In this document: positions 27,648-36,088 of the stretch, piece after piece
How the letters are laid out: every line of letters begins with the position of its first letter
How positions within the stretch are numbered: the stretch's first letter is position 1
IMG/VR virus record: IMGVR_UViG_2597490325_000001
Location: 128,001 to 192,000 of that record
Reading direction: 5' to 3' (one strand)
DNA from: a virus
Taxonomy: Duplodnaviria > Caudoviricetes
Length of the DNA: 64,000 nt
Program-made: the position numbers and the translations under genes
The notes under the pieces: model-generated
What the model was told of the DNA's origin: nothing
The model's input: the letters and a program-made list of their open reading frames with translations, nothing else
The model's database searches: none

Positions 27648-28049
27648 ATGGATGATTTACAATATTATTCATCGATGGATACATTAGATTACGCAGTTAG
27701 CGGGGTATTCCCATTCCTAAAATTCTTAGGGTGTTTAATAGGGGGATTCAGTTTAGGGTGGGTAGCATTTAATAGCATTATTCCACGTATTTTCAAAAGA
27801 CCTATACAGGACAATAATACCGCAGCATTTTTAACAGTCTTCTTTACTTGGACTCTAACATATACAGTGATGAAGTATAATAGAGATACCGTAGTAGAAA
27901 TACTAGTGGGATGTTCACATATACCTAATGCTGAATTCATTAAACCATTAGAAATGTGTACGTTCCCTGTAGAAACTGAATCAGGTACAATAAAAGTCAG
28001 TGTAGATAAGAGTTATAACTTTATCCTTCCAATAGAAATGGGGAAATAG
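27648..28049 (+). CDS. Two-TM membrane protein with C-x14-C domain (paralog 3)
   Basis: Two hydrophobic helices, then GCSHIPNAEFIKPLEMCTFPV. Confidence 0.7.
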   Translation: MDDLQYYSSMDTLDYAVSGVFPFLKFLGCLIGGFSLGWVAFNSIIPRIFKRPIQDNNTAAFLTVFFTWTLTYTVMKYNRDTVVEILVGCSHIPNAEFIKPLEMCTFPVETESGTIKVSVDKSYNFILPIEMGK

Positions 28050-28052
28050 CTA

Positions 28053-28412
28053 ATGAAAATAGAAAAAGTATGGGTAGATGACTTAAGAGACCCAAATAAC
28101 TTTGTAAGTGATAAAAGCTATCTGGATTATCTTATTTGGGTGAAGACGTATAGTGTATCTATCGACGTTATAAATACCCATGAGAGTACTATTACTACAA
28201 TTCATCTTGATAATGACTTAGGTGAAGAGAAAGAGGGTAGGCATGTATTTAATCATATAGAGGAACTACTTCATGAGGGTAAGTTAGGTTCTCTTAAGAC
28301 AATTATTATTCATAGTAGTAATTATGGAGCTGTAGACCTTATGATGTCAGCCAAAGATATCATAAAGGGGAAATACGGTATAACTCTTACTAAACGGACA
28401 TATAATATCTAA
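28053..28412 (+). CDS. Stand-alone cyclic-phosphate-processing receiver-like domain protein
   Basis: VWVDDLRDP, IHLDNDLGE, IIIHSSN motifs. Confidence 0.75.
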   Translation: MKIEKVWVDDLRDPNNFVSDKSYLDYLIWVKTYSVSIDVINTHESTITTIHLDNDLGEEKEGRHVFNHIEELLHEGKLGSLKTIIIHSSNYGAVDLMMSAKDIIKGKYGITLTKRTYNI

Positions 28413-28660
28413 TGAAAACTTGGAAGCTTCCAGGATATAGAGTAGTTAATGGGTTTCCTACTCTATTAACTGATTTTAGTAGTAAAAAGTTGCAAATGAC
28501 TCTCTATTTCACCTTATTTATGGAGTCATATGGTGAAATAAGTAGAGATCTAAATGATAATGGCGATTTACCCCTATTTATCCGTAGAAATGTTCCTCCA
28601 ATGAACTTCATAGGTATTCAACTTAGAGAATATAATGCATGGAGACCTAAAAGGTTATGA
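28412..28660 (+). CDS. Small hypothetical protein
   Basis: 82 aa; overlaps both neighbours. Confidence 0.55.
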   Translation: MKTWKLPGYRVVNGFPTLLTDFSSKKLQMTLYFTLFMESYGEISRDLNDNGDLPLFIRRNVPPMNFIGIQLREYNAWRPKRL

Positions 28661-28926
28661 AACATATTAAACGACTACATGATATCGTATCAATAAGTAA
28701 TTATCCTAGAGACTATCATCTGTTCTTAGAAATGACTATTAGAGAAATAGCTGAGTTTACTCTTATTAGTCATTTTACAAGCAGTAAGTCATTTCCTCTT
28801 ATTAATGAAGAAACTTGTTATTGTATGGAGCTTCCAGTAGGAGTTATACGAAGTATACCATTAAGTTTTATTGATATATGGGAGAATAGAGGTGAAGATA
28901 TTCTCTTTAGAGACCGCATTAAATAG
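28657..28926 (+). CDS. Small hypothetical protein
   Basis: 89 aa; AAGG RBS; ATGA overlap. Confidence 0.55.
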   Translation: MKHIKRLHDIVSISNYPRDYHLFLEMTIREIAEFTLISHFTSSKSFPLINEETCYCMELPVGVIRSIPLSFIDIWENRGEDILFRDRIK

Positions 28927-29104
28927 AAAGAAACCTATACGTGAAAGTGTGAAATTTAAAGTGATAACGGAGATATATTATATCATTAGAGAAGGAGATC
29001 CTGATTATCTTCCGTATTATTGGACTGGACACGAGCTGATACCAGATCACATATCATTTAAATTGTGGTACAGGGTAAATATGTATGAGAATAGTAAGAT
29101 TTGA
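28892..29104 (+). CDS. Small hypothetical protein (start moved to GTG 28892)
   Basis: GGAG at 28881 precedes an in-frame GTG. Confidence 0.5.
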   Translation: MKIFSLETALNRKKPIRESVKFKVITEIYYIIREGDPDYLPYYWTGHELIPDHISFKLWYRVNMYENSKI

Positions 29105-29291
29105 AATAACTCATAGTCTTTCTTCAGTGAGGCATAACCGATATAATCATATTTATTATTCATTATTATCTATAATTCAAAGAGCTAATTCAGAATTAAG
29201 TATAGATTTCAATAATACTTTGGTAGATAAGGATAAATGGATACCGCTTTCTAATCTATCATTTAAATTATACACATATAAACTAATTTGA
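29085..29291 (+). CDS. Small hypothetical protein
   Basis: 68 aa; part of an overlapping chain. Confidence 0.5.
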   Translation: MRIVRFEITHSLSSVRHNRYNHIYYSLLSIIQRANSELSIDFNNTLVDKDKWIPLSNLSFKLYTYKLI

Positions 29292-29800
29292 GAATTAAAA
29301 TGATTATTTATCGAGTTGAATTAGGGTTTTCTCTATTAGAATATCATTCTGACGGTACATATTATGCCCATAAGAACTTAGGGCCATATACTGGTCGTTG
29401 GGTAACAAGTAAGCTATTAGGATATGAAGTTAATCTTAATGGTACTAATTTAATCAATGCGCCTGAACCAGAGAATGATAATCTACTAGGGTGTAGCCAT
29501 CGTCAATTCGGGTTCAAAGATCTACGTAGTTTAGGTAATTGGTTCCATAGCTGTTGGCGTAGTATGGAAAAATGCGGATATCATATCGGTGTATATGAGT
29601 GTCCAGATAAGTACGTTAAAGAAGGTGGTAGACAGGTAGCATTTTATTTAGATAAAGCTACCCCAATACAATCTATTTCGTTTAAGGAGTTTATTCGAGA
29701 AAGGATGTATTTTATGAAGGATTTAAGTGAAATTAAGACCGTTTCTACTGAAAAATCCTTAAAAAATGATCGAGATTTAATGTCAATTGTATTTAACTGA
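29288..29800 (+). CDS. Hypothetical phage protein
   Basis: 170 aa (ATG at 29300 is the likelier start); IYRVE...GPY...PEPEND...FGF...WF pattern. Confidence 0.65.
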   Translation: MRIKMIIYRVELGFSLLEYHSDGTYYAHKNLGPYTGRWVTSKLLGYEVNLNGTNLINAPEPENDNLLGCSHRQFGFKDLRSLGNWFHSCWRSMEKCGYHIGVYECPDKYVKEGGRQVAFYLDKATPIQSISFKEFIRERMYFMKDLSEIKTVSTEKSLKNDRDLMSIVFN

Positions 29801-29818
29801 TAAAAGGTATAAAAAATA

Positions 29819-30550
29819 ATGACTACTGCTAAGAAAACTAAAAAAGAGAAAGACAATTTCCTGAATACTATTACTAAATGTGGTACCGGAGAGCGGCGTC
29901 CTTTCTTTGGTAGTATTGAATTAGCTATGTTTGAGAAACTTCATAATAAAATTATGAAGACTAAGCTCGAACTCTGTTTTGAGTATGATAAGCTTAAAAA
30001 TAAGTTTATTGCCGATATTCATGATAGCAGTCAGGAGCATCTTACTAAGCTTTTCAGGATGATCAAGGAAGCTAAACATTTAGCTTCAATCTACCAGGAA
30101 ATGTATAACCAGGATCCTAAATATTTCCATTCCTTCCAGTTCTTTAAAAATGAAGAATTGGAGGCGTGGATGAATAAACGTCTTAATGATATTAATGAAA
30201 TTAATGATAATTATCATTTTGATGAAGTTGAAGGTAAGCTTTTCGTACGTATGTCGTTATCAAATGAAAAATATAGTGTAAGTAAAGAAAATATTGTATT
30301 TTTCAATAAGCCCGTACCAGAAGGTGAAGAGAGTACCGAAACTTCTATCACATTCTCTATTGGTGAAAACTTTGAATTAACTACCACCACTAATATTGTG
30401 CGTATGGCAAATACTCTTTATCGTACGGTTTATGCGTTAAATCCACACAAGTTAGAAATGTGTGATTCTACCCCTATTGATCATGCCAAGCTTAATATTG
30501 ATTTTAAGAATCCAATTAATAATAAGCTTGTAATTGAATTAGAAAACTAA
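29819..30550 (+). CDS. Hypothetical protein
   Basis: 243 aa, AAGG RBS. Confidence 0.75.
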   Translation: MTTAKKTKKEKDNFLNTITKCGTGERRPFFGSIELAMFEKLHNKIMKTKLELCFEYDKLKNKFIADIHDSSQEHLTKLFRMIKEAKHLASIYQEMYNQDPKYFHSFQFFKNEELEAWMNKRLNDINEINDNYHFDEVEGKLFVRMSLSNEKYSVSKENIVFFNKPVPEGEESTETSITFSIGENFELTTTTNIVRMANTLYRTVYALNPHKLEMCDSTPIDHAKLNIDFKNPINNKLVIELEN

Positions 30551-30609
30551 TCTTTCAAAAGGGAGTAATTTTACTCCCTTTATCTTATATATTAATAAGG
30601 GATAAAAAA

Positions 30610-31215
30610 GTGGAAAAGATTTGTAAAAAATTATTGTCTTACTCATTAGCAAAATCTTCTCGTAATGGTTTGTCATTTACCTATAATGGTGAAAAATTTG
30701 TATCTTCCGAAGATTGGTTATCTGAAAATCAACCAGAAGAAATGTCATATTATCGTTTCTTTGAGTATCTTCGCCGTTACATGGATTTAAATATTGATAT
30801 GTTTGAAGAACATGAGTTGTTAGTACAAAATATTACTAATAAAATCATCAAACATATCCATTTTGATGCAGATCTATATCATTATCATAAAGATCACTTG
30901 ATTTTTGCCATTCGTCATAATGTTTATCATTCATATTTAGATGCTAGTGTTACTGATAACAGAACTACTAGTATTGCATCTACAAGTGCTTTCTTTGATA
31001 AAGAAGGTATTACTATTAATGATAAGCTATTCCTGGAAAACTTTATGTTTGCCCACAATGTCAATGAACTACGTATGAATTTGGTGGTTCAAGATATTGA
31101 GAATGAACCAGTAATTATCATGACTATTAAACCGTATAATTATGGTTTGCTTAGTGATGAAGAATCAAGCATGTCAGATGAAGAATTAGAAATTCCTATG
31201 CCGCTTAAAAAGTAA
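30610..31215 (+). CDS. Hypothetical protein
   Basis: 201 aa, GTG start with AAGGGA RBS. Confidence 0.7.
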   Translation: MEKICKKLLSYSLAKSSRNGLSFTYNGEKFVSSEDWLSENQPEEMSYYRFFEYLRRYMDLNIDMFEEHELLVQNITNKIIKHIHFDADLYHYHKDHLIFAIRHNVYHSYLDASVTDNRTTSIASTSAFFDKEGITINDKLFLENFMFAHNVNELRMNLVVQDIENEPVIIMTIKPYNYGLLSDEESSMSDEELEIPMPLKK

Positions 31216-31227
31216 AGGTGTAAAATA

Positions 31228-31497
31228 ATGAGTGAATATTCCGGTTGTTTTACTTGGTCAGATTTGGATAAGAAACATAAGCTTAAATTGATTAGTAAAA
31301 AGTTTCTTGAAAAATACCCTTATCTATCTAAAAAAGTTTGCATTGGAGACTCATTCACAATTATCAAAATGGGAGGTCAAGAAGACTTCACTTATGGTAA
31401 TTCAATGTGGGCACACATTAAACACAATCATCTAGGTATTGAAATTATGATTACTCGTGATGATTCTGATTTCTTCTATCATAAATACAGCCGATAA
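31228..31497 (+). CDS. Hypothetical protein
   Basis: 89 aa, AAGG RBS. Confidence 0.65.
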   Translation: MSEYSGCFTWSDLDKKHKLKLISKKFLEKYPYLSKKVCIGDSFTIIKMGGQEDFTYGNSMWAHIKHNHLGIEIMITRDDSDFFYHKYSR

Positions 31498-31510
31498 GTT
31501 GTAATAAAAC

Positions 31511-31541
31511 TCCCTATACCCTCTTTATGAAGGTATAGGGA
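31511..31541. terminator. Bidirectional family hairpin terminator
   Basis: TCCCTATACC...GGTATAGGGA between convergent genes. Confidence 0.75.
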
Positions 31542-31554
31542 ATTATTTTTTTTT

Positions 31555-31857
31555 TTATGAAAGTTGTCTTACTCTACCAAATTCAAACTCTCTTTCCTCG
31601 ATATAATCGGAAGATTCAGAGAAATAGGTAGTTAATACTTGTTCAGCAAAGCCTACTACTTGACCATCAAGTTCCATGTTATTTCTCATAGCACGAACTC
31701 TTTTAGCTGCATCTTTGAAGTCTTTACCATAGAAGTTGATACCAAATTTCTTACCATCTTCATCAAAATATTCAGCTGCAAAGAGATGCCATTCTTCATT
31801 GTCCACTACTACTGTAGTAGGATTAGCTCTAGCATTGGTAACTTTTACGTCGGTCAT
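31555..31857 (-). CDS. Hypothetical protein
   Basis: 100 aa, AAGG RBS. Confidence 0.7.
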   Translation of the reverse strand: MTDVKVTNARANPTTVVVDNEEWHLFAAEYFDEDGKKFGINFYGKDFKDAAKRVRAMRNNMELDGQVVGFAEQVLTTYFSESSDYIEEREFEFGRVRQLS

Positions 31858-31869
31858 ATTAAACCTTAC

Positions 31870-32277
31870 TTAGTTTTTTGCTAATTTAGCCTTAGCTTTA
31901 CCAAGGAACTCGTTATTGAGTTGAGTAGTGATAGTAATAATAGCCTGATTGTAATTCTTAATATCAGCTGCATCACCACTAGTATTAGCGATACGTTTTA
32001 AACCACCTGCAGCTTTAATCCATTTTTCCAGTTTAGACACTAAACCTTCCAGAGAGGATTTATCATCTGCTGCATCAAGCATACCCTGAAGTTTGTCAGT
32101 ATGCATTTTCTTAAATAGTTCTTTTTTCTCACTATCAGGGAAGTTAGAAATGCCTAAAGAATGCATTGCTTTTCTAAAAGTAAAAGTACTATTAGTTTTA
32201 AAGTTACCCTTAGCTTCTTCCCAACCAACACCTTCCAATAGCTGGCATACTAATTCATTATTACCCATGATTTTCAT
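31870..32277 (-). CDS. Small basic putative internal head protein
   Basis: 135 aa; QLLEG site; late promoter. Confidence 0.55.
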   Translation of the reverse strand: MKIMGNNELVCQLLEGVGWEEAKGNFKTNSTFTFRKAMHSLGISNFPDSEKKELFKKMHTDKLQGMLDAADDKSSLEGLVSKLEKWIKAAGGLKRIANTSGDAADIKNYNQAIITITTQLNNEFLGKAKAKLAKN

Positions 32278-32294
32278 CCAAAGTGATTAAATTT

Positions 32295-32307
32295 CTATGA
32301 AAATGTT
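32295..32307 (-). promoter_or_regulatory. Late-type promoter
   Basis: AACA-TTTTCA-TAG. Confidence 0.8.
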
Positions 32308-32309
32308 CA

Positions 32310-33719
32310 CTAGATTGATAAAGTAAATAATAAATTACCACAGTCATAAATTATACCATATCCATTATTGAGCATATTCTGTTGCTCTGATAATGATTCA
32401 TCAAAATTTTCTAATTTTTCACTAAGTAATCTCTTCTGGAAATTTGCTCTATGAAAAACTTGGCCGTAAAACTTATCCGTATACCAGTATCCTGGATTAG
32501 ATACTGATGTTAATTCGAAACCATTTTTAATATAAACTTCACCAAAAGAATATCTGAGATTAGCATAAGAAATAATAGAATTTATATTCAAGTTAGATTC
32601 TTTAAAATCTTTTATGGCGAAATTAAGCAATTTACTAAAACCACCAACTATATTAATATCTGAAATAGAAGCAAATCTTAATAATTCTAATGTATTTTCA
32701 TCATTTCTATTAAGTAATTTTCTAGTTTTGGAGAAGGTTATTACTGCACATAACTCATCTTCAAAGAATAATCCATAATTGAAGGATGCGTTACATTTAC
32801 CTTGCATATGATATGTATCTAAGAATACATTTGATTCTTTAGGGGTAATCTTTTTAACTGCACATTTGCGAGCAAAAATTTTATATGAATTGGCTTGTAA
32901 AAGGCTTTTTAGTCTAGATTTTAATTTTTTTCTAGTCCTAGCCCATTCACAGTCAAAAATATTATAAATTCTTATACCTTGATCATAAGCCTCCTCCATT
33001 TTTTCAAAAATATGATATTTTTTTCTAGCCCTATTAGTTTTATTTATACTATGCCAAAATATACCATTTACTTCTATACCAATCTTCATAGATGGTATGT
33101 ATATATCAATTTCTTTCCGTTTATCACTAGGAAGTAATCCTTTAACATTTTTTAAGATTTCAATATCATTTGGTAGAATTTTACGAATAAACATATAAAT
33201 TTCATTTTCTACTTTTGAATCACCATTACTTTTATTTTGATGGTGTAAATGAGGGGATCCATTACCCATCATCAGCTCTCTAGGTCGGATAAAAAATGGT
33301 TTACCAGTAGTTTTGCATATTACTTCAATTTTTGTATTTGTATCTTTATATTTAGATAGGCTAAAATCCATTTTGTCTTTTACAGAAGGATATTTAGCTT
33401 CTAATTTACTTACAAACGTTTCTAAAGAGAAACGTTGAGTATCAGCAGCTTTTTTATAACGGCAATGAGGGCATCCTGTTTTGATTTCTTTTTTACGTAC
33501 AGCTATAAGATTAGTAGGAGTCATCAAAAAAGATTTTTTACATTTATTGTGGATTACTTCTATTTTATCTTGTACCGATTTATATTTTATTGTAGGTGAT
33601 AAAGAGTATTCATTATTAATATTACACTCATTAAAGCTATCAATAAACTTATTCAAATTATTGATATAAATTTTTGATGAACTACCATCAGTTAATTCAT
33701 CAAATTTAGAAATTTGCAT
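32310..33719 (-). mobile_element. Free-standing Hef-like homing endonuclease (N-terminal Cys/His repeats, PD-(D/E)XK-type nuclease, C-terminal GNAT-like domain)
   Basis: GCPHC and YKDTNTKIEVIC repeats; EIDIYIPSMKIGIEVNGIFWH; ARKC..FLDTYHMQG..ELLRFAS..VGGFSKLL..SYANLRYS; more AT-rich codons than its neighbours. Confidence 0.8.
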
Positions 33720-33765
33720 AAAAACCTCTCATGAACAATTTAACTAATTTTATGTTCATGAGAGG
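33720..33765 (-). promoter_or_regulatory. Terminator/RBS-sequestering hairpin containing a late promoter
   Basis: Minus strand reads CCTCTCATGAACA-taaaattagttaaat-TGTTCATGAGAGG-TTTTT-ATG; AACA-TAAAAT-TAG at 33744-33756. Confidence 0.85.
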
Positions 33766-33792
33766 AGTTCATTAAGAAAATTTATGGAAATA

Positions 33793-35067
33793 TTATTTTG
33801 AGTTTATATCTTCTATATGATCAAAAATATCAAACTCTTTACCTTGTACTGACAAGTCATGGAAAGACTTCATCGAAAGGTTCATAATACGAGCCGAAAT
33901 ACGAGATACATGAAGACCGATATTTTTTACACCTAAACGATAGAACATATCACCTAAACAGTGGTGGCAATAATGTTTATTTTGACATAGTAAAGGTGTA
34001 CGCATCTTAACCGTTTTACCAACATACTTCTCTAGCAATGCAGGAGTTAGACATACTAATTCATTCTTATCGTAGATGTAACGGTAGCGATATTCACGCT
34101 TATTGTCACCAGTAAGCTCTACGTTAATAGTTTTAGTAGTTCCGCAATCACTATCAGGTTTATCGGCAATAATACCACTAAATGCAGCGTTAAACAGCTT
34201 GGTTAAGTAACCACCTTTTTGGGTATCAACTGCACGTCCAGCAGCACCTAATACTGCTAGGTCAGCATGAGGAGCAATATCTTCTTTAGCTACACCATCC
34301 ATAAGGTTAGAAGTAACGATACTAAAGGATGTAGGGTCATCAGATTTAGGGGCAATTCCACGGAAAATAGAGTTTACTTTAAAGTTGTTATTCCATGAAC
34401 CGTTAAACCCGCTATCATAGATCATTTTACCTGTAGCACCTATTTCTTCTAGGTCTTTTTTGGCAAAATCAATCATTTCATTCTCTAGTTTACCAAATGC
34501 CATCACATCATTACTTTCAATAACCTCACGGTTATCTTTAAGCATCTGATCACGTTTTTTCTTAACTTTCTCAGAAGGATGAATTGTTTTAATATCTAGA
34601 CTAGGAATAGAATAAATAGCGGAAGTGTAGCCTAACCATTGCATTCTATCAATGAAATCTTTAACGACATCGGATAAAATGTATTTATCTACATATGCAT
34701 CAGAGATAACACGGTTTAACCCACCAATCACACCAGCAGTGGTAGGTTTATTGATATATTCTAGAATAGTCGCCAAATGAGAATTCTCAATGCCGTTAAT
34801 TGTACCTTTTGCAGAGCCAATAAAAACGTTAAAAACGATTCTACCAGCATTGGTCTCGGTACCTACAATATCTTTCCAGTTTTTAAACTTTCTAAGAATT
34901 GAATCGGCGGGAACTAGAGATTCTTCGATTTTGATACGAGTACGACTATCCATGACAGGTTTATTTGTGGCTGCATCAACCGCAAATACATTTAGGAGAA
35001 AACTTTTAGTAATATCTTCTTCAGTAATCCCTAAAATTGTCTTTTCTGGATCATTTATATCAAACAT
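33793..35067 (-). CDS. rpoC: RNA polymerase beta' C-terminal chain (probably virion RNAP)
   Basis: MIYDSG..GS, bridge helix GAAGRAVDTQKGGYLTKLF, DCGT, RTPLLC..YCHHCLG Zn site, NIG..SMKSFH. Confidence 0.9.
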   Translation of the reverse strand: MFDINDPEKTILGITEEDITKSFLLNVFAVDAATNKPVMDSRTRIKIEESLVPADSILRKFKNWKDIVGTETNAGRIVFNVFIGSAKGTINGIENSHLATILEYINKPTTAGVIGGLNRVISDAYVDKYILSDVVKDFIDRMQWLGYTSAIYSIPSLDIKTIHPSEKVKKKRDQMLKDNREVIESNDVMAFGKLENEMIDFAKKDLEEIGATGKMIYDSGFNGSWNNNFKVNSIFRGIAPKSDDPTSFSIVTSNLMDGVAKEDIAPHADLAVLGAAGRAVDTQKGGYLTKLFNAAFSGIIADKPDSDCGTTKTINVELTGDNKREYRYRYIYDKNELVCLTPALLEKYVGKTVKMRTPLLCQNKHYCHHCLGDMFYRLGVKNIGLHVSRISARIMNLSMKSFHDLSVQGKEFDIFDHIEDINSK

Positions 35068-35098
35068 TTTCTATGTTCCGAAGAAAAAGAAATAAATA

Positions 35099-35125
35099 CG
35101 CCTATGACCGTGAAGATCATAGGCG
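35099..35125 (-). terminator. Intrinsic terminator
   Basis: CGCCTATGA-tcttcacgg-TCATAGGCG then TATTTATTTCTTTTT on the minus strand. Confidence 0.8.
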
Positions 35126-35172
35126 CAGGACTTTATTTTCTATCAGTGATCCAATGAAAGTATTTCTTAGTA

Positions 35173-35268
35173 TTAATCGTCGTCAGAATCTCCACCACCT
35201 ACAGGGAGAAATGAGTCAAACCATGAGATAAGATTTTTATTTTCATTGGAAGAGATAGAGTTATTCAT
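35173..35268 (-). CDS. 31-aa microprotein MNNSISSNENKNLISWFDSFLPVGGGDSDDD
   Basis: Translated by hand; AGGCTAA upstream, like the RBS region of the 24506 gene; below the ORF-track cutoff. Confidence 0.45.
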   Translation of the reverse strand: MNNSISSNENKNLISWFDSFLPVGGGDSDDD

Positions 35269-35326
35269 TCTTATTAGCCTGAGTTGATGCTTGGTAATAA
35301 GAACAGATTGATCTACAACGAGACCG

Positions 35327-35342
35327 CATTAAAATAATATAT
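35327..35342 (-). promoter_or_regulatory. Early-type promoter
   Basis: ATATATTAT-TTTAA-TG; the only minus-strand copy found. Confidence 0.75.
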
Positions 35343-35351
35343 CTTTGAAGA

Positions 35352-36038
35352 TTATGCGTATACGTAGTATTCTACAATCAGACCTTTACCAGTTTCTGCT
35401 GATAGAGGTTCTGTTTCAAAGGTAATACGGGAGAAGATTTTAATGTCGTTATAAGTATTATCTGAAGGCACTACTGCGGAGAATAGGCCAAGTTCAGAAA
35501 TACGTGAACCACGGGCATCTTTCTCGTTAATAGTCAGAGTAGCTTTAACGTAGTAGTCATCTTTAACTGTATCAGTAATCAATTCAACCTTAGTAAAGGT
35601 TTTCTTCATATACTGAGTATCGGAACCACTAACCTTAGTATCGGTATAGAAGTTAGCATCTTCTGAAGGCATAGGGTTAGCAGTGTTAGCAATACGGAAT
35701 GGCACTGCAGTGTTAAGCTGAGTATCTGCTGAAGTAGGAGTGATAGGGTTGAATGGATCAGATACAGGAGCACCGCCACTACCGATACCGAACAGACATA
35801 CATAGCGATTATGTAGAAGAGTTTCGTTCTCTGAGCTATAAGGAAGCTTAAACAGTTTACGCAGAGTGAATTCACGACCAGTCTGAACTACAAGGTTTCT
35901 TTTAACTTGCAAAATATTATTAGTGACGGGATCACGAATAACAATAAAGTTTTCACGAGCCTTATTAGCACGAACAGCATCCTGAATCAGTAATTTTTCA
36001 TCGTGTGTCATGACACGCTGAGAATCAATTTCAAACAT
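35352..36038 (-). CDS. Baseplate / tail-fibre attachment protein
   Basis: NLVVQTGRE..FGIGSG..ISELGLFS..FSRITF pattern typical of collar/fibre N-terminal domains. Confidence 0.65.
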   Translation of the reverse strand: MFEIDSQRVMTHDEKLLIQDAVRANKARENFIVIRDPVTNNILQVKRNLVVQTGREFTLRKLFKLPYSSENETLLHNRYVCLFGIGSGGAPVSDPFNPITPTSADTQLNTAVPFRIANTANPMPSEDANFYTDTKVSGSDTQYMKKTFTKVELITDTVKDDYYVKATLTINEKDARGSRISELGLFSAVVPSDNTYNDIKIFSRITFETEPLSAETGKGLIVEYYVYA

Positions 36039-36065
36039 TGTTAAATTCCTATTTATGATATAGAA

Positions 36066-36078
36066 CTAAAAGTTTGTT
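36066..36078 (-). promoter_or_regulatory. Late-type promoter
   Basis: AACA-AACTTT-TAG. Confidence 0.8.
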
Positions 36079-36088
36079 GAGGAAGATC

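Larger units (their letters stand above)
35085..35328 (-). ncRNA. Candidate structured early RNA (~240 nt) with internal small ORF
   Basis: Perfect early promoter at 35327-35342, several stems, terminator at 35099-35125 plus U-rich tail. Confidence 0.55.

Noticed and set aside
35037-35231. 64-aa plus-strand ORF in the gap upstream of beta'-C
   Set aside because: Promoter, RBS and terminator U-tract all point to the minus strand
35068-35351. Group I intron or tmRNA in the gap, given that AR9 RNAP genes carry introns
   Set aside because: Flanking genes look complete and unrelated; no P7 core, splice-site pattern or tRNA-like ends recognised
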